A DNA stretch of 64,000 nt from an uncultured virus (IMG/VR IMGVR_UViG_3300043473_000258) (lineage: Duplodnaviria > Heunggongvirae > Uroviricota > Caudoviricetes). A model generated the notes under the pieces. The model saw only the letters and a program-made list of their open reading frames with translations, did no database searches and had not been told where the DNA came from. Below, piece after piece: positions 54,532 to 63,549 of the stretch; within the stretch, counting starts at the first letter, position 1, and each line of letters begins with the position of its first letter. The translations under genes were made by a program, and so were the position numbers. The DNA is taken from IMG/VR virus record IMGVR_UViG_3300043473_000258; one strand, 5' to 3'.

Positions 54532-55112
54532 TTTTGTAGGAGAATTTCAATCCAGCATTCAATTCCGTCAGCGTAATTGTACGACTGGTCGATGGCGGGG
54601 TCGGCGAGGTAGTCGTAATTCGTGTCAATCAAAGTGGCGAATCGTTGGGCCACCTTGAATTGAGTAATCCAGTGCGGCACGTAAATGTGCAGGTGCTTGA
54701 CCCGCGCAGGCATCGGCGTCCAGTGCCGACGCCACAGGCTCCACGTCGTCTTGTGGTCGCTGTTAAAGCGCGAGGGGAATGTGCAGTGCTCGTAGAGGTC
54801 GAGGTCCGGCACGGTCATTACAATCCAGCCGCCCGGCCGCAGCAGGCGCAGGCAACGGGCGATGAAGTCGGCCGGGTTGTGCAGGTGCTCCATGACCTGG
54901 CTGCCGTGCACGGTGTCGAATGAGCCGGGGTCGAAATGCTCGTCAATCTTGTTGGCGTCACCCTGCTCCTTGTCGAAGAGCGTCGTGGCTGAACAGGGCC
55001 AGATGAGCGGGTCGTCGCCCGGCCCCACGTCGAGGACGCTCTTGCCGAAGACGTCGTCCCACGGCCACTCCTGCGCCTCGCGGCGGGCGGTTGCCTTGCT
55101 GGTCTCTTTCAT
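54528..55112 (-). CDS. Class I SAM-dependent methyltransferase
   Basis: VLDVGPG, FDTVHGSQVMEHL, LLRPGGWIVMTVP. Confidence 0.85.
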   Translation of the reverse strand: MKETSKATARREAQEWPWDDVFGKSVLDVGPGDDPLIWPCSATTLFDKEQGDANKIDEHFDPGSFDTVHGSQVMEHLHNPADFIARCLRLLRPGGWIVMTVPDLDLYEHCTFPSRFNSDHKTTWSLWRRHWTPMPARVKHLHIYVPHWITQFKVAQRFATLIDTNYDYLADPAIDQSYNYADGIECWIEILLQK

Positions 55113-55741
55113 CGGGTGACTTTTTCCAGGTAGCGGGTGACCAGCTCGAGCCGCTGTTCGAGGTTGCGGCCGGGGAAATGGCAGAGCAGGTGGCCGGGCT
55201 TCCACTGGCCCTCGCGCTCGTGGAATTCGCGGGAATTGTACTCGGGATATTCGTGCAGCGGGATGGAGTTGAAGCAGGGCTGCGCCACGTAGTCGGTGAA
55301 TTCATCGTAGGCCGGGGCGAGAGCGCACATGGCGGTCTGGTCCGGGTTTGGCTGGTTGGCGAAGTGCCCGGCCAGCGCGACGAGGGTTTCCTGATAGAGG
55401 TAGGGCACCAGCTTGGGGCCGGAGAGCGCGTAGACCCCGGCGTTGCGGCCGTTGATGTCGTAGGTGATCGTGATGGGCGACTTGGGCTGCGGCAGCGCCT
55501 GCGTCATGTTGGTGAAGATGATGTCGAGGTCGAGCACCCACAGCGTTTCAATCTTGCGCGTCCACCAGTAGCAGGAAACGGTGTGAGCCTTGGCGAAGAG
55601 GGTGGGGAGGGTCGGGCGGAAGTAGGTCTCCACATGCAGGTGATAGCCGTGGCGCTCGGCGTACTCGCGCATGTTGGGCAGCACCATGTCCGCCAGCGGC
55701 TGCCAGTCCGGCGTGTAGCAGGTCCACAGGTGGGTCGTCAT
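55109..55741 (-). CDS. GT34-like glycosyltransferase
   Basis: YAERHGY, DLD (DxD), NAGV, DQ, WKPGHLLCHFPG. Confidence 0.75.
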   Translation of the reverse strand: MTTHLWTCYTPDWQPLADMVLPNMREYAERHGYHLHVETYFRPTLPTLFAKAHTVSCYWWTRKIETLWVLDLDIIFTNMTQALPQPKSPITITYDINGRNAGVYALSGPKLVPYLYQETLVALAGHFANQPNPDQTAMCALAPAYDEFTDYVAQPCFNSIPLHEYPEYNSREFHEREGQWKPGHLLCHFPGRNLEQRLELVTRYLEKVTR

Positions 55742-56397
55742 TTCGGGAAGCCCGCCGACTGGCGGCGGCAGAAGGTGAGGTAGTCCTGGCGCATGAATTC
55801 CTTGTTGCGGTGGTCGAGCTCGTCGGGCTTGCGCGTCCGGTAGTTAGGGTGGCGGTGGTCCCACTCGACCGAGGTGCTTTGGAAGAGCTTGCCCCGCTTC
55901 TGCGCGACCATCGTCAGCTCGTCGTCGCAGTAGAAGGCCCGGTAACTGGGATGGAAAACGTAGCCGTCACGCTCGTAATACTTCCGGCCGATGACCGGGT
56001 GGCAGCAGATGCGGCTGTTCTTGTCGGGATACCAGAGCACGCCGTCGAAGTCGGGCACGTCGTTGGCGAAGTCGGTGCGAACAGCCTGGTCGAATTCCAG
56101 CTCCATCGGGTAGAGGTCATCGCTCGCGCAGACCAGCACGTCCCAGGGGAAGAGGTCGAGGTCCGCGTTGATTGCGCTCACCTTGTCCTTGTGCGGCCCG
56201 ATGATGGCCTCGAGCGGGTACTCGGGCGGGTAGACCTTCATCGCCTGCACCAGCTCGGCGCCCGGCGTGTCGTCGTCGTCGAGGGTGAGCAGGAGCCGGG
56301 TGTTTTCGAGGTCCTTGATGGCGGCGAGCCACCGGACGACGGCCAGGGAAAGCGCCTTGTGTCGCCCCCGGCTGGGAATGTGGACGAGGACTTTCAT
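55738..56397 (-). CDS. GT-A (GT2-like) glycosyltransferase
   Basis: IPSRGR, DDDD, ASDD, YCDDEL, HRHP. Confidence 0.75.
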   Translation of the reverse strand: MKVLVHIPSRGRHKALSLAVVRWLAAIKDLENTRLLLTLDDDDTPGAELVQAMKVYPPEYPLEAIIGPHKDKVSAINADLDLFPWDVLVCASDDLYPMELEFDQAVRTDFANDVPDFDGVLWYPDKNSRICCHPVIGRKYYERDGYVFHPSYRAFYCDDELTMVAQKRGKLFQSTSVEWDHRHPNYRTRKPDELDHRNKEFMRQDYLTFCRRQSAGFPK

Positions 56398-56642
56398 TTG
56401 TAGAGGATGTAGCCCAGCTCACGGGCCCAGCGTTTGTTGGCTTCAATCTTGTCGTGGCAGGTCCGGCACACCGCCATCCACCACGCGGTCACCAGCAGGT
56501 AGATTCCCCGACCCATCTTGTGATGCACGTCGCGGGACTTCGCTCCGCACACTTCGCAGCGCGGGTGCTCGCGCAGGAAGCGAAGTCGGAGCGCGACATA
56601 GACCTTCATCCGCTCGGTCAGTGCCGCGCTCCTACGCTTCAT
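56394..56642 (-). CDS. Small HNH-type nuclease
   Basis: CEVC..DVHH..GRG..AVCRTCH. Confidence 0.75.
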   Translation of the reverse strand: MKRRSAALTERMKVYVALRLRFLREHPRCEVCGAKSRDVHHKMGRGIYLLVTAWWMAVCRTCHDKIEANKRWARELGYILYK

Positions 56643-57013
56643 CAGATCGGCTCGTCCTCAGGCTCCTCTTCCCCGGCGTCGTCGTCGCGCTGGGGCTTGG
56701 GCGGGGCGCCGAAGAAGACTTCCTCCGCACGCAGCGAGATTTGATCGAAGGTTCCCTTCTGGCGGTCACCCTTTCGGATGCCAACCTTGGCTTGCACGGT
56801 GAGGGGAGCGCCCTTGTCCACCCGGTCGCACACGATGGGGGCGAGCTTGCCGCCACAGAGTAGGGAGATGAAGTTGACGGTCTCCTTCTTGGATTTGAAA
56901 TCGTAGTCTTTGACTGCGATTTTGAGGAAGCAATAGTCCGATTGACCGGACTGCTTGAGGGTGGGCGTTTCGACGGCCCGCCCGGTGAGATAAACGGCGT
57001 TAATGTCAGGCAT
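56642..57013 (-). CDS. ssb: Single-stranded DNA-binding protein
   Basis: INAVYLTGR..P, KG..LTV, acidic C-terminal tail. Confidence 0.85.
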   Translation of the reverse strand: MPDINAVYLTGRAVETPTLKQSGQSDYCFLKIAVKDYDFKSKKETVNFISLLCGGKLAPIVCDRVDKGAPLTVQAKVGIRKGDRQKGTFDQISLRAEEVFFGAPPKPQRDDDAGEEEPEDEPI

Positions 57014-57047
57014 GTCGCCAGAATGCCATGCTATAAGGACGGGTCAA

Positions 57048-59015
57048 TCATAGAAACCGCTGGCCGGGCTTCAAAGTGAAAGTTTTCTTCGGCGCCTTGA
57101 AGAGCGCGTCGACTTCCATGTCCGGCGTGCGCTTCGGCGGCGGAGCAAACAGCTCCCCCAGGCGGCCCACTCCGCCACGCTGGCCCAGGTGGCGCGGCGT
57201 GATGTGGCCCTTGCGTAGTGCCTCCTCGCGCTTCTTGGCGGCGTCGGCGGCGTCGTAGGGTTTGCCGCCCACCCGCAGCCGGAGGTAGGAGATGACCGTG
57301 TCCAGGCCAATGAAGGCGGCGTCGGCGGAGTCCGGCGACTTGCGGCCGCGGATGCGCTTCTTCATTTCCTTCTTGCTCTCCACACTCTTGAGCCTGCGCC
57401 CCCGATTGATTGAGTCCTGCAGCTTCCATCGCCGGATGGTGGCCTCGGTTTTGATGGCGCCCCGGATCCCGCGGAGCTGCTTCTTGCGCATGAAGTCCAC
57501 GCCCACGCCCCAGATTTCGCTGACCCGGTTGCCGTAGATGTCGGAGTTTTTCAGCGGCTTCTCGTGGGGCCGGTACTCGGCCACGACCCGGTCAGTCGAC
57601 GCCCCGTGAAACGGGCAGGGGAAAAAGCCCTTGCCGCCGTTGCTCTGCACCAGGGTCTTGAAGGACGGGTTGGTCGAATCATATCCTATAAGGCGCTCGT
57701 CCACCTTCCACTCGTCGCGCCAGTCCTTCATGAATTGGAGGATCTGATACTCGACCGCGTCGTTGCCCTCGCCTGCCTTAATCGGGATGGGGATTTCCTT
57801 GAGGAATTCGATGACGAAAGTGCCGTCAACGTGGAAGCCGAAGCGGCCGGGCACGAACATGGCCTTGTCGCCGCCCTCGCTAAACGACGGGTCACACCCG
57901 GCGAAGGGGACCGGCGTCGTCGCCCACTCGGCCTCGAGCATGGGCCGGTCGGCGCCGTACATCGTGAGCTCGGCCGGGTCGTAGCAGCCCACGTCACCCG
58001 TCCCGACCGGTGGTTTGAAGGCGCGAATCTGCTCCCACCAGCCGGGCGAATCGTCCTCGCCCCGGTCGATGAAGCCCTGCACATGCTTCCAGTCCTGCAG
58101 GAAGGGGTAGAGATTCTCCTGCACCAGGGGAAAGCGCAGGTGATGCAGCCAGTTGGGCGACTGGAGCCCGTCGAGGTGCACGCAGGCTCCGCGGGCGGTG
58201 CGCCAAAACTGGTCGTCCGGTGAGATGGTGGCCCAGCCTTCCTCCGGCTCAACCAGGTCGGCGAAGGCGTTGTTGTCCTTGTAATTCGCCAGCGCGATGA
58301 GCTGCGCCTTCGGATTGCTCATCATGTTCTCGTAGAAAGTCGTGTAGATACCCGCGGCGACATCCGTTCCCTCGTCGATGATGAGGATGATGGTGCCGGG
58401 GTGCAGCCCGCCAATCTTGTAGCCCTTGATTTTGCCCGCGGCCTCGCGCTCCTTGTTGGCATTGCCGCTCACCAGCTTGATGCCAGCGGAGGGGGAGAAT
58501 TTGAAGAGCCGGTTCGGGTCGTAGGGGGCCAGGGAGTGGCTCGCCTTGTTCAGGCGGAAGCTCATCCGGCCCTCGATGGCGAAGAAGAAGTCCTGAATCT
58601 GGGCGTAGATGCGGCCCTGGGCAGCGCCCTCCACGTCGGTCGAGACCACGATGCACATGACCTCCCGCGGCCGGGCGAAGACATTGATGAGCGCCCAGAT
58701 GGCGGAGAGCGCGGTCTTCGAGCTGGAGCCGTGGCCGGTCACACCCAGCACACGCTCCTTGCAATACTTCTTGAGCAACCGCTTCGCCTGCGGCGTCCAC
58801 ACGAACGGCTTGAGCGTGGAGTCCTCCGGCCAGAGAATCTTGGCCGCGTTGATGAAGTGCGCGGCGTCCCCGAGCAGGCCCTCGGGAAACTCTATCCCAT
58901 CCAGCCGGGACTCCCGGCAGAGGCTGTACGCCGCCAGCTCATAGTCGAGCTGGGTGAGCCGGACATTGGAGCGCAGCTCGATCCCGTAGGTATCGAGGAC
59001 GCCCGTGACGCTCAT
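57048..59015 (-). CDS. terL: Terminase large subunit
   Basis: Walker A-like GHGSSSKT, Walker B ILIIDEG, nuclease GCDPSF..GGD and KSPDSADA. Confidence 0.85.
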   Translation of the reverse strand: MSVTGVLDTYGIELRSNVRLTQLDYELAAYSLCRESRLDGIEFPEGLLGDAAHFINAAKILWPEDSTLKPFVWTPQAKRLLKKYCKERVLGVTGHGSSSKTALSAIWALINVFARPREVMCIVVSTDVEGAAQGRIYAQIQDFFFAIEGRMSFRLNKASHSLAPYDPNRLFKFSPSAGIKLVSGNANKEREAAGKIKGYKIGGLHPGTIILIIDEGTDVAAGIYTTFYENMMSNPKAQLIALANYKDNNAFADLVEPEEGWATISPDDQFWRTARGACVHLDGLQSPNWLHHLRFPLVQENLYPFLQDWKHVQGFIDRGEDDSPGWWEQIRAFKPPVGTGDVGCYDPAELTMYGADRPMLEAEWATTPVPFAGCDPSFSEGGDKAMFVPGRFGFHVDGTFVIEFLKEIPIPIKAGEGNDAVEYQILQFMKDWRDEWKVDERLIGYDSTNPSFKTLVQSNGGKGFFPCPFHGASTDRVVAEYRPHEKPLKNSDIYGNRVSEIWGVGVDFMRKKQLRGIRGAIKTEATIRRWKLQDSINRGRRLKSVESKKEMKKRIRGRKSPDSADAAFIGLDTVISYLRLRVGGKPYDAADAAKKREEALRKGHITPRHLGQRGGVGRLGELFAPPPKRTPDMEVDALFKAPKKTFTLKPGQRFL

Positions 59016-59209
59016 CGCCGCACCTTAACAGGCTTGGTCTTGTACTTCGAGCGGACAATTCCGTTCTGGCACGTCCGGCAGTAGTAATAAATCCCGGCCG
59101 GGCTCCGCGTGTAACGGTGATACTCGATCTTCAACTTCCATTTCCCGCAGTGGGGACACAGCCAGACCTCGTTCCCGTCGATGATCCGCGGCTCTCGTTT
59201 GATAGGCAC
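59012..59209 (-). CDS. Small Zn-finger protein
   Basis: CPHC..CRTC; preceded by TTGCCA-17-TAGCCT-6-GTG. Confidence 0.65.
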   Translation of the reverse strand: MPIKREPRIIDGNEVWLCPHCGKWKLKIEYHRYTRSPAGIYYYCRTCQNGIVRSKYKTKPVKVRR

Positions 59210-59246
59210 CCTCGAAGGCTATCTTCGAGGATGCACTCTGGCAAGA

Positions 59247-60563
59247 CTACTTATGTTTGATGTCCATGCTTCGCGAGATGTTGCGGAATTCCATGGTCTC
59301 GCGCCAGAAGATGACGTCGGGCTCAATCTCCGGGCCGTTGCGGTTCTTGCCCACCTTGAAGCGCATGATCCAATCGTCGTAGTCGCGCAGCTTGGCCGGA
59401 TCCTGCACGCTATCGAGCAGGATGAGCCCGTCCACGTCGCCGAGCATGTCGTCAAACTCCTTCACCTGATTGACGTTGGCCCCCTTGGCAGCCTCCCGAT
59501 TGAGGTGGGCCAGGGTGACAAAGCTCACGCGCTCGCTGGTCGTGAACGCCCGGATGAGCTTGCTCGCCTCGCCGAAAGCGATGCGCGGCTCCTTGCCCTT
59601 GGGCACGGCGAGGGTCTGAATGTGGTCGAGCCAGAAACTTTTGCAGCCGAAGCGCCGGGCGTCACGCCGGGCGATGGCGACGAGCTGCTCGCCGGACAGG
59701 CGGGGCAGGGAATGCAGGCGCAGCTTGCTTTTGCGCAGGGCTTCGAGCGCCTCTTTGACCTCCTCGGTCTCCTGCTTGTCGACGTTGCCCTGGTCGAGCT
59801 TGAATTTGCTGACGCCAGCGATGCGGCAGGCCATTCGCATGAGCACCTGATTGGGCGCCATGTCCTGGCTGAAGATGCACACCGGCAGGTCATCGCGCAG
59901 GAGCTTCGTGGCCACCTGCTCCATCATGGCGCTCTTGCCCTTGCCTGGCCGGGCGGCCAGCCCGATGTACATGCCGGGAACGATGCCGCCGAGCGTGTAA
60001 TCCCAGCAGTCGAGGCCGGTCGGCACGCCGGGGCGCTTCACGCCGCTCTCGATCTGCTTGATGCGGAACATGGCCTCCTCGAAACTCTTCTCAAGCTGGT
60101 CCTCGACCACGGCCGAGGGGTCCAGCTCGGCGATGCGGGCGCTCATCGTGGTGATGAGCTCCTCCACCTCCGCGCCTTCCATCATGGCAACCTCGGCGTC
60201 CTGAATGAGCAGGCGCAGCTTCCGCTTGGCGTGGGCCCTTTTCAGGATGCCCATGAAATGGGACGGCGTGCCCGGCTCGTTGAATTGCAGGCCGCTGATA
60301 GCGGCGGGGCCGCCGACGCCCGCGAGCTGGTCCTTGTCCTCCAGCAACTGGGTCAGCGCCCGGAATTCTACCTTCACGCCCTTGTCGAAAAGCGTCTTGC
60401 AGGCCCAGAAGATCGTGAGGTGCGGCGGCGTAAAGAACAGGTCGGCGCAAATCTCGGGGTCGGTCAGCGCCTCGCCCGCCGAGGATACTATAAGACAAAG
60501 GACGGCCTTCTCGGCCTCGGGCTCCGCCAGCCCCTTGTCGATGGCTCCGGCCATGCGCTTCAT
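59247..60563 (-). CDS. dnaB: DnaB-like replicative helicase
   Basis: GVPTG, AARPGKGKS, DHIQ, LAHLNR, KNRNGP. Confidence 0.92.
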   Translation of the reverse strand: MKRMAGAIDKGLAEPEAEKAVLCLIVSSAGEALTDPEICADLFFTPPHLTIFWACKTLFDKGVKVEFRALTQLLEDKDQLAGVGGPAAISGLQFNEPGTPSHFMGILKRAHAKRKLRLLIQDAEVAMMEGAEVEELITTMSARIAELDPSAVVEDQLEKSFEEAMFRIKQIESGVKRPGVPTGLDCWDYTLGGIVPGMYIGLAARPGKGKSAMMEQVATKLLRDDLPVCIFSQDMAPNQVLMRMACRIAGVSKFKLDQGNVDKQETEEVKEALEALRKSKLRLHSLPRLSGEQLVAIARRDARRFGCKSFWLDHIQTLAVPKGKEPRIAFGEASKLIRAFTTSERVSFVTLAHLNREAAKGANVNQVKEFDDMLGDVDGLILLDSVQDPAKLRDYDDWIMRFKVGKNRNGPEIEPDVIFWRETMEFRNISRSMDIKHK

Positions 60564-60826
60564 TGCCACCCCTTCAGCTCGATTTCGTGGAGGATGTCGC
60601 ACTGACGGCAGAAGTCCCTCCACCGGTCGAGATAGTGCTCCTCAAAGAAGGCGACGGCCGCACGGTAGTCGGCGGCGTTCTTTTTCTTCGGGTCCTTGCA
60701 GGTCTGGCGCTGGTTGCAGGTCTGCTCGAGGTCCACGTTGAAGCGGGTCGCCCGGTCGTGGGCCGCGGCCATGAGCTTTTCGCGGGCCTTCTTCAGGTTC
60801 TCGCGCTGCATGTCGAGGAGCGTCAT
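60560..60826 (-). CDS. Hypothetical protein
   Basis: ATGA-coupled at both ends. Confidence 0.6.
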   Translation of the reverse strand: MTLLDMQRENLKKAREKLMAAAHDRATRFNVDLEQTCNQRQTCKDPKKKNAADYRAAVAFFEEHYLDRWRDFCRQCDILHEIELKGWQ

Positions 60827-61251
60827 TCGGCCCTCCGTTTCTCTATCTTCGCCTCCGAGGTGAAAATGCGGGCGGTCGGCTGCCAGTTGATGCCGTAGAA
60901 GGCGAGCATCTTGACCAGGGTGCCATCGGTGGCGACCGAGGAGCCACGCTCAATGCGCACCATGCTCACGCGATGGCGGCCGATGGCGGCGGAGAGCACC
61001 TCGATGGAGATGTTCCCAGCCAGGCGCCGGGCTTTGAGGTGCTGGACAATCTTGTGCCGCAGCTTGGTCCCGGTCTCCGCCTGAATCTGGGCCTGCAGCT
61101 CGGCCTTCTTCATCTGGTCGAGGAGCATGGCAAGCTCGCCCTCCGGCCGCTTGAGCGGCAGCGGCGGCTTGTAGCGAACGGCCTCACCGAGGCGGGCTTT
61201 GCCTGCGCGTTCGCGCTTCTTGGCGCGGCGTTGGGTCTTGATCTTTTGCAT
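60823..61251 (-). CDS. XRE-type HTH protein
   Basis: LKARRLAGNISIEVLSAAIG..SMVRIERG. Confidence 0.7.
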   Translation of the reverse strand: MQKIKTQRRAKKRERAGKARLGEAVRYKPPLPLKRPEGELAMLLDQMKKAELQAQIQAETGTKLRHKIVQHLKARRLAGNISIEVLSAAIGRHRVSMVRIERGSSVATDGTLVKMLAFYGINWQPTARIFTSEAKIEKRRAE

Positions 61252-61453
61252 GGGATTTAATGTAGGTGATGGCTTTTCGAATGTGACGGCAGTGGGCGCC
61301 GACTCCCGGCGCTCGCGTCTCGCCGTGGCGGCACGAGCACCGGGGTTGCTTGAGGTTGGCGAGGTCCACCAGGTAGAAGCAGCCGGGCACCCGGCAGCTC
61401 TGCACTAGGAACGTCGCCGCCCCCTGCGGGATGACTTCAGCGTCGGTTTCCAT
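61184..61453 (-). CDS. SWIM-type Zn-finger protein
   Basis: YLVDL..CSC..CRHI. Confidence 0.65.
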   Translation of the reverse strand: METDAEVIPQGAATFLVQSCRVPGCFYLVDLANLKQPRCSCRHGETRAPGVGAHCRHIRKAITYIKSHAKDQDPTPRQEARTRRQSPPR

Positions 61454-63020
61454 ACAGGTCGGAGAGCATCCGGCTGGCCTCGTCGATGCGAAGCTCATTC
61501 GGATCCACATGGTAGCCCGCCCGCTGGAGGGCCCGCACCTGCTTGAAGGTCGCCAGCTTCCGCTTGATGCGGTCGAAGCAATACTGAAGCACCTTGCTGG
61601 CGTGGCCCTTGTCGCGGATGAGGCGGACGTCGAAGCCAAACTTGAAGAGGGTATCAATCTGCACCTTGCTGGGCTTCGCCTCCTCCCACTGGAACGTGGG
61701 CTCGTAGTCGATGGCCTCCTCCCAGAGGTGGTTCTTTTCCAGACCCAGGGCGAGCAGCGCCCGGAAGTCCATGAGGTTTGCCTTCTTCGACTCATTGGCG
61801 CGGAGCGCGTCGGCCAGCTTCTTGTGCCGGTCGGCGACGACCATCGCGTGAACGTCGGCGAGGTCCAGCTCGTCGCCCGAGCGCAGGCGCTTGGACAACT
61901 CGGCCGCGTCTTCATCCTTCGCGGCGAAGAGCATGGCCGGGGTCATGAGCTCCTCGATGTCCGGCGTCTGCCAGAGCGGGTCGAGGACCAGCAAGTCGTC
62001 GTGCGGCGAGCCTTCGGGTTTCAGCCGGGTGCCCCGGCCGAGGATTTGCGTAATCATGATGCGGCTCTTCGTCGGCCGGAGGTTCACGATGCCGGTGATG
62101 CTGGGCTCGTCGTAACCGGTGGTGACCAAGAGCGAGTTGCACATGGCGGCGACCTTGCCGTCCTTGAACCGGCGCAGGATGTCGGCCCGGTCTTCGCTCT
62201 TGCCATCGACGTGCTCGGCGTGGATGCCGTGGGCGTTGAGGATGGAGGTGAATTTCTTCGAGGTGTGAATGAGCGGCAGGAAGCACAGCCAGCGGCGGCC
62301 GGGGTGCGCCTTCATGGCCTCGGCGACGGCGACAAAGTAGGGCTCAATGGCGACCTCAATATCCTCGTCGATGAAGTCGCCCGCGGCGGAGCGAACGGCG
62401 GAGATGTCGATCTTAATGGGCACCGTCTGCACCTTGATATTGCAGAGGTAACCGTCCTCGATGAGGGACGCGATGGTCTTCTCGTAGGCGATGGTCTCGT
62501 AGACTTTCGAGAGCGCCCGCTTGCCCTTGGTGTGGGGCGTGGCCGTGAAGCCCAGCAGCATTGCGCCCTCCGGCCCGCAGAAGTAATCGAGCACCTCGAT
62601 AATCTTCGGGGTGGCGAAGAGGTGGGCTTCGTCCACGATGACGAGGCTCGGCCAGTCGGCCGGGTACTTGGCCAGCCGCTTTTGCAGCGTCTGAATCGTG
62701 GCGATGATGATGGGCGAGTCCAGGTCGGCGTGCTCATGGGCCCGCTCGATGCCCGAGAAGATGCCGGTGACGGCGAGAATCTTGTCGCGGGCCTGCTGCA
62801 GCAGCTCCTCCCGGTTGACGAGGATGAGGACCTTGCCCTGGGCCCGGCCGAAGGCGCCCCGGCGTTTGAGGCAGTCTTCGGAGAGCTTGGCGAATAGGAT
62901 GGTCTTGCCGCTTCCCGTGGCCATGACGGTCAGGGCCCGGTTAAACTCGGCAAGGGTGGTGTGAATGGCTTCGGCCGCATCGGACTGATACGGGCGCATT
63001 TTGTACGGATGATTATTCAT
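61437..63020 (-). CDS. SF2 (DEAH, ResIII/Irc3-like) helicase
   Basis: RPYQ, ATGSGKT, DEAH, TAT, TGYDEP, QILGRGTR. Confidence 0.92.
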   Translation of the reverse strand: MNNHPYKMRPYQSDAAEAIHTTLAEFNRALTVMATGSGKTILFAKLSEDCLKRRGAFGRAQGKVLILVNREELLQQARDKILAVTGIFSGIERAHEHADLDSPIIIATIQTLQKRLAKYPADWPSLVIVDEAHLFATPKIIEVLDYFCGPEGAMLLGFTATPHTKGKRALSKVYETIAYEKTIASLIEDGYLCNIKVQTVPIKIDISAVRSAAGDFIDEDIEVAIEPYFVAVAEAMKAHPGRRWLCFLPLIHTSKKFTSILNAHGIHAEHVDGKSEDRADILRRFKDGKVAAMCNSLLVTTGYDEPSITGIVNLRPTKSRIMITQILGRGTRLKPEGSPHDDLLVLDPLWQTPDIEELMTPAMLFAAKDEDAAELSKRLRSGDELDLADVHAMVVADRHKKLADALRANESKKANLMDFRALLALGLEKNHLWEEAIDYEPTFQWEEAKPSKVQIDTLFKFGFDVRLIRDKGHASKVLQYCFDRIKRKLATFKQVRALQRAGYHVDPNELRIDEASRMLSDLYGNRR

Positions 63021-63078
63021 AGGACTGAGGTGGTTGCTTGGAGACTCCGAGGTCGGAGCGGTTGGTTGACTGAAAAGC

Positions 63079-63546
63079 TCAAGCTGGTTCGGCCGCGGGC
63101 GGCGGGACGTCCGGCAGGTTCTGCGGGAGGGCTTCATTGTTGGCGGTCATCTCTGCGTTGAAGGTCTTCAGCCAGAGCATGGGCGTGAGCATCTGCGATG
63201 CCTGGAGGGCGACGGGGTCGCGTCCGGCCGAGCAGATGGCGGGGTTGATTCCGCTGCCGGTCATCATGAAGTCGTCGGTTTTCGTCCCGTCCGGCAGCAC
63301 GATGTCCTTGCGCCACTCGACGCAGGGAATGATGAACTGGAGGAAGAAACCTTGGATGCCCATGACGGCGAGGACCTGCTTGACGCCGGAGATGACGGCC
63401 TCGGCGTGTTTGCTCGCGTCGGCCGGGGTGAACGCCGTGCCGGTGGGCGCGACGTTGGGGTCTTTTCTCGACTGAGGGACCCGGACGGCTTTGCTGTTGC
63501 TGCCGGGAATGTGGATGCGCTTTCTGCGGTTGTGTTTGTTCGACAT
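63079..63546 (-). CDS. Hypothetical protein
   Basis: 155-aa ORF in the operon. Confidence 0.6.
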   Translation of the reverse strand: MSNKHNRRKRIHIPGSNSKAVRVPQSRKDPNVAPTGTAFTPADASKHAEAVISGVKQVLAVMGIQGFFLQFIIPCVEWRKDIVLPDGTKTDDFMMTGSGINPAICSAGRDPVALQASQMLTPMLWLKTFNAEMTANNEALPQNLPDVPPPAAEPA

Positions 63547-63549
63547 AAA

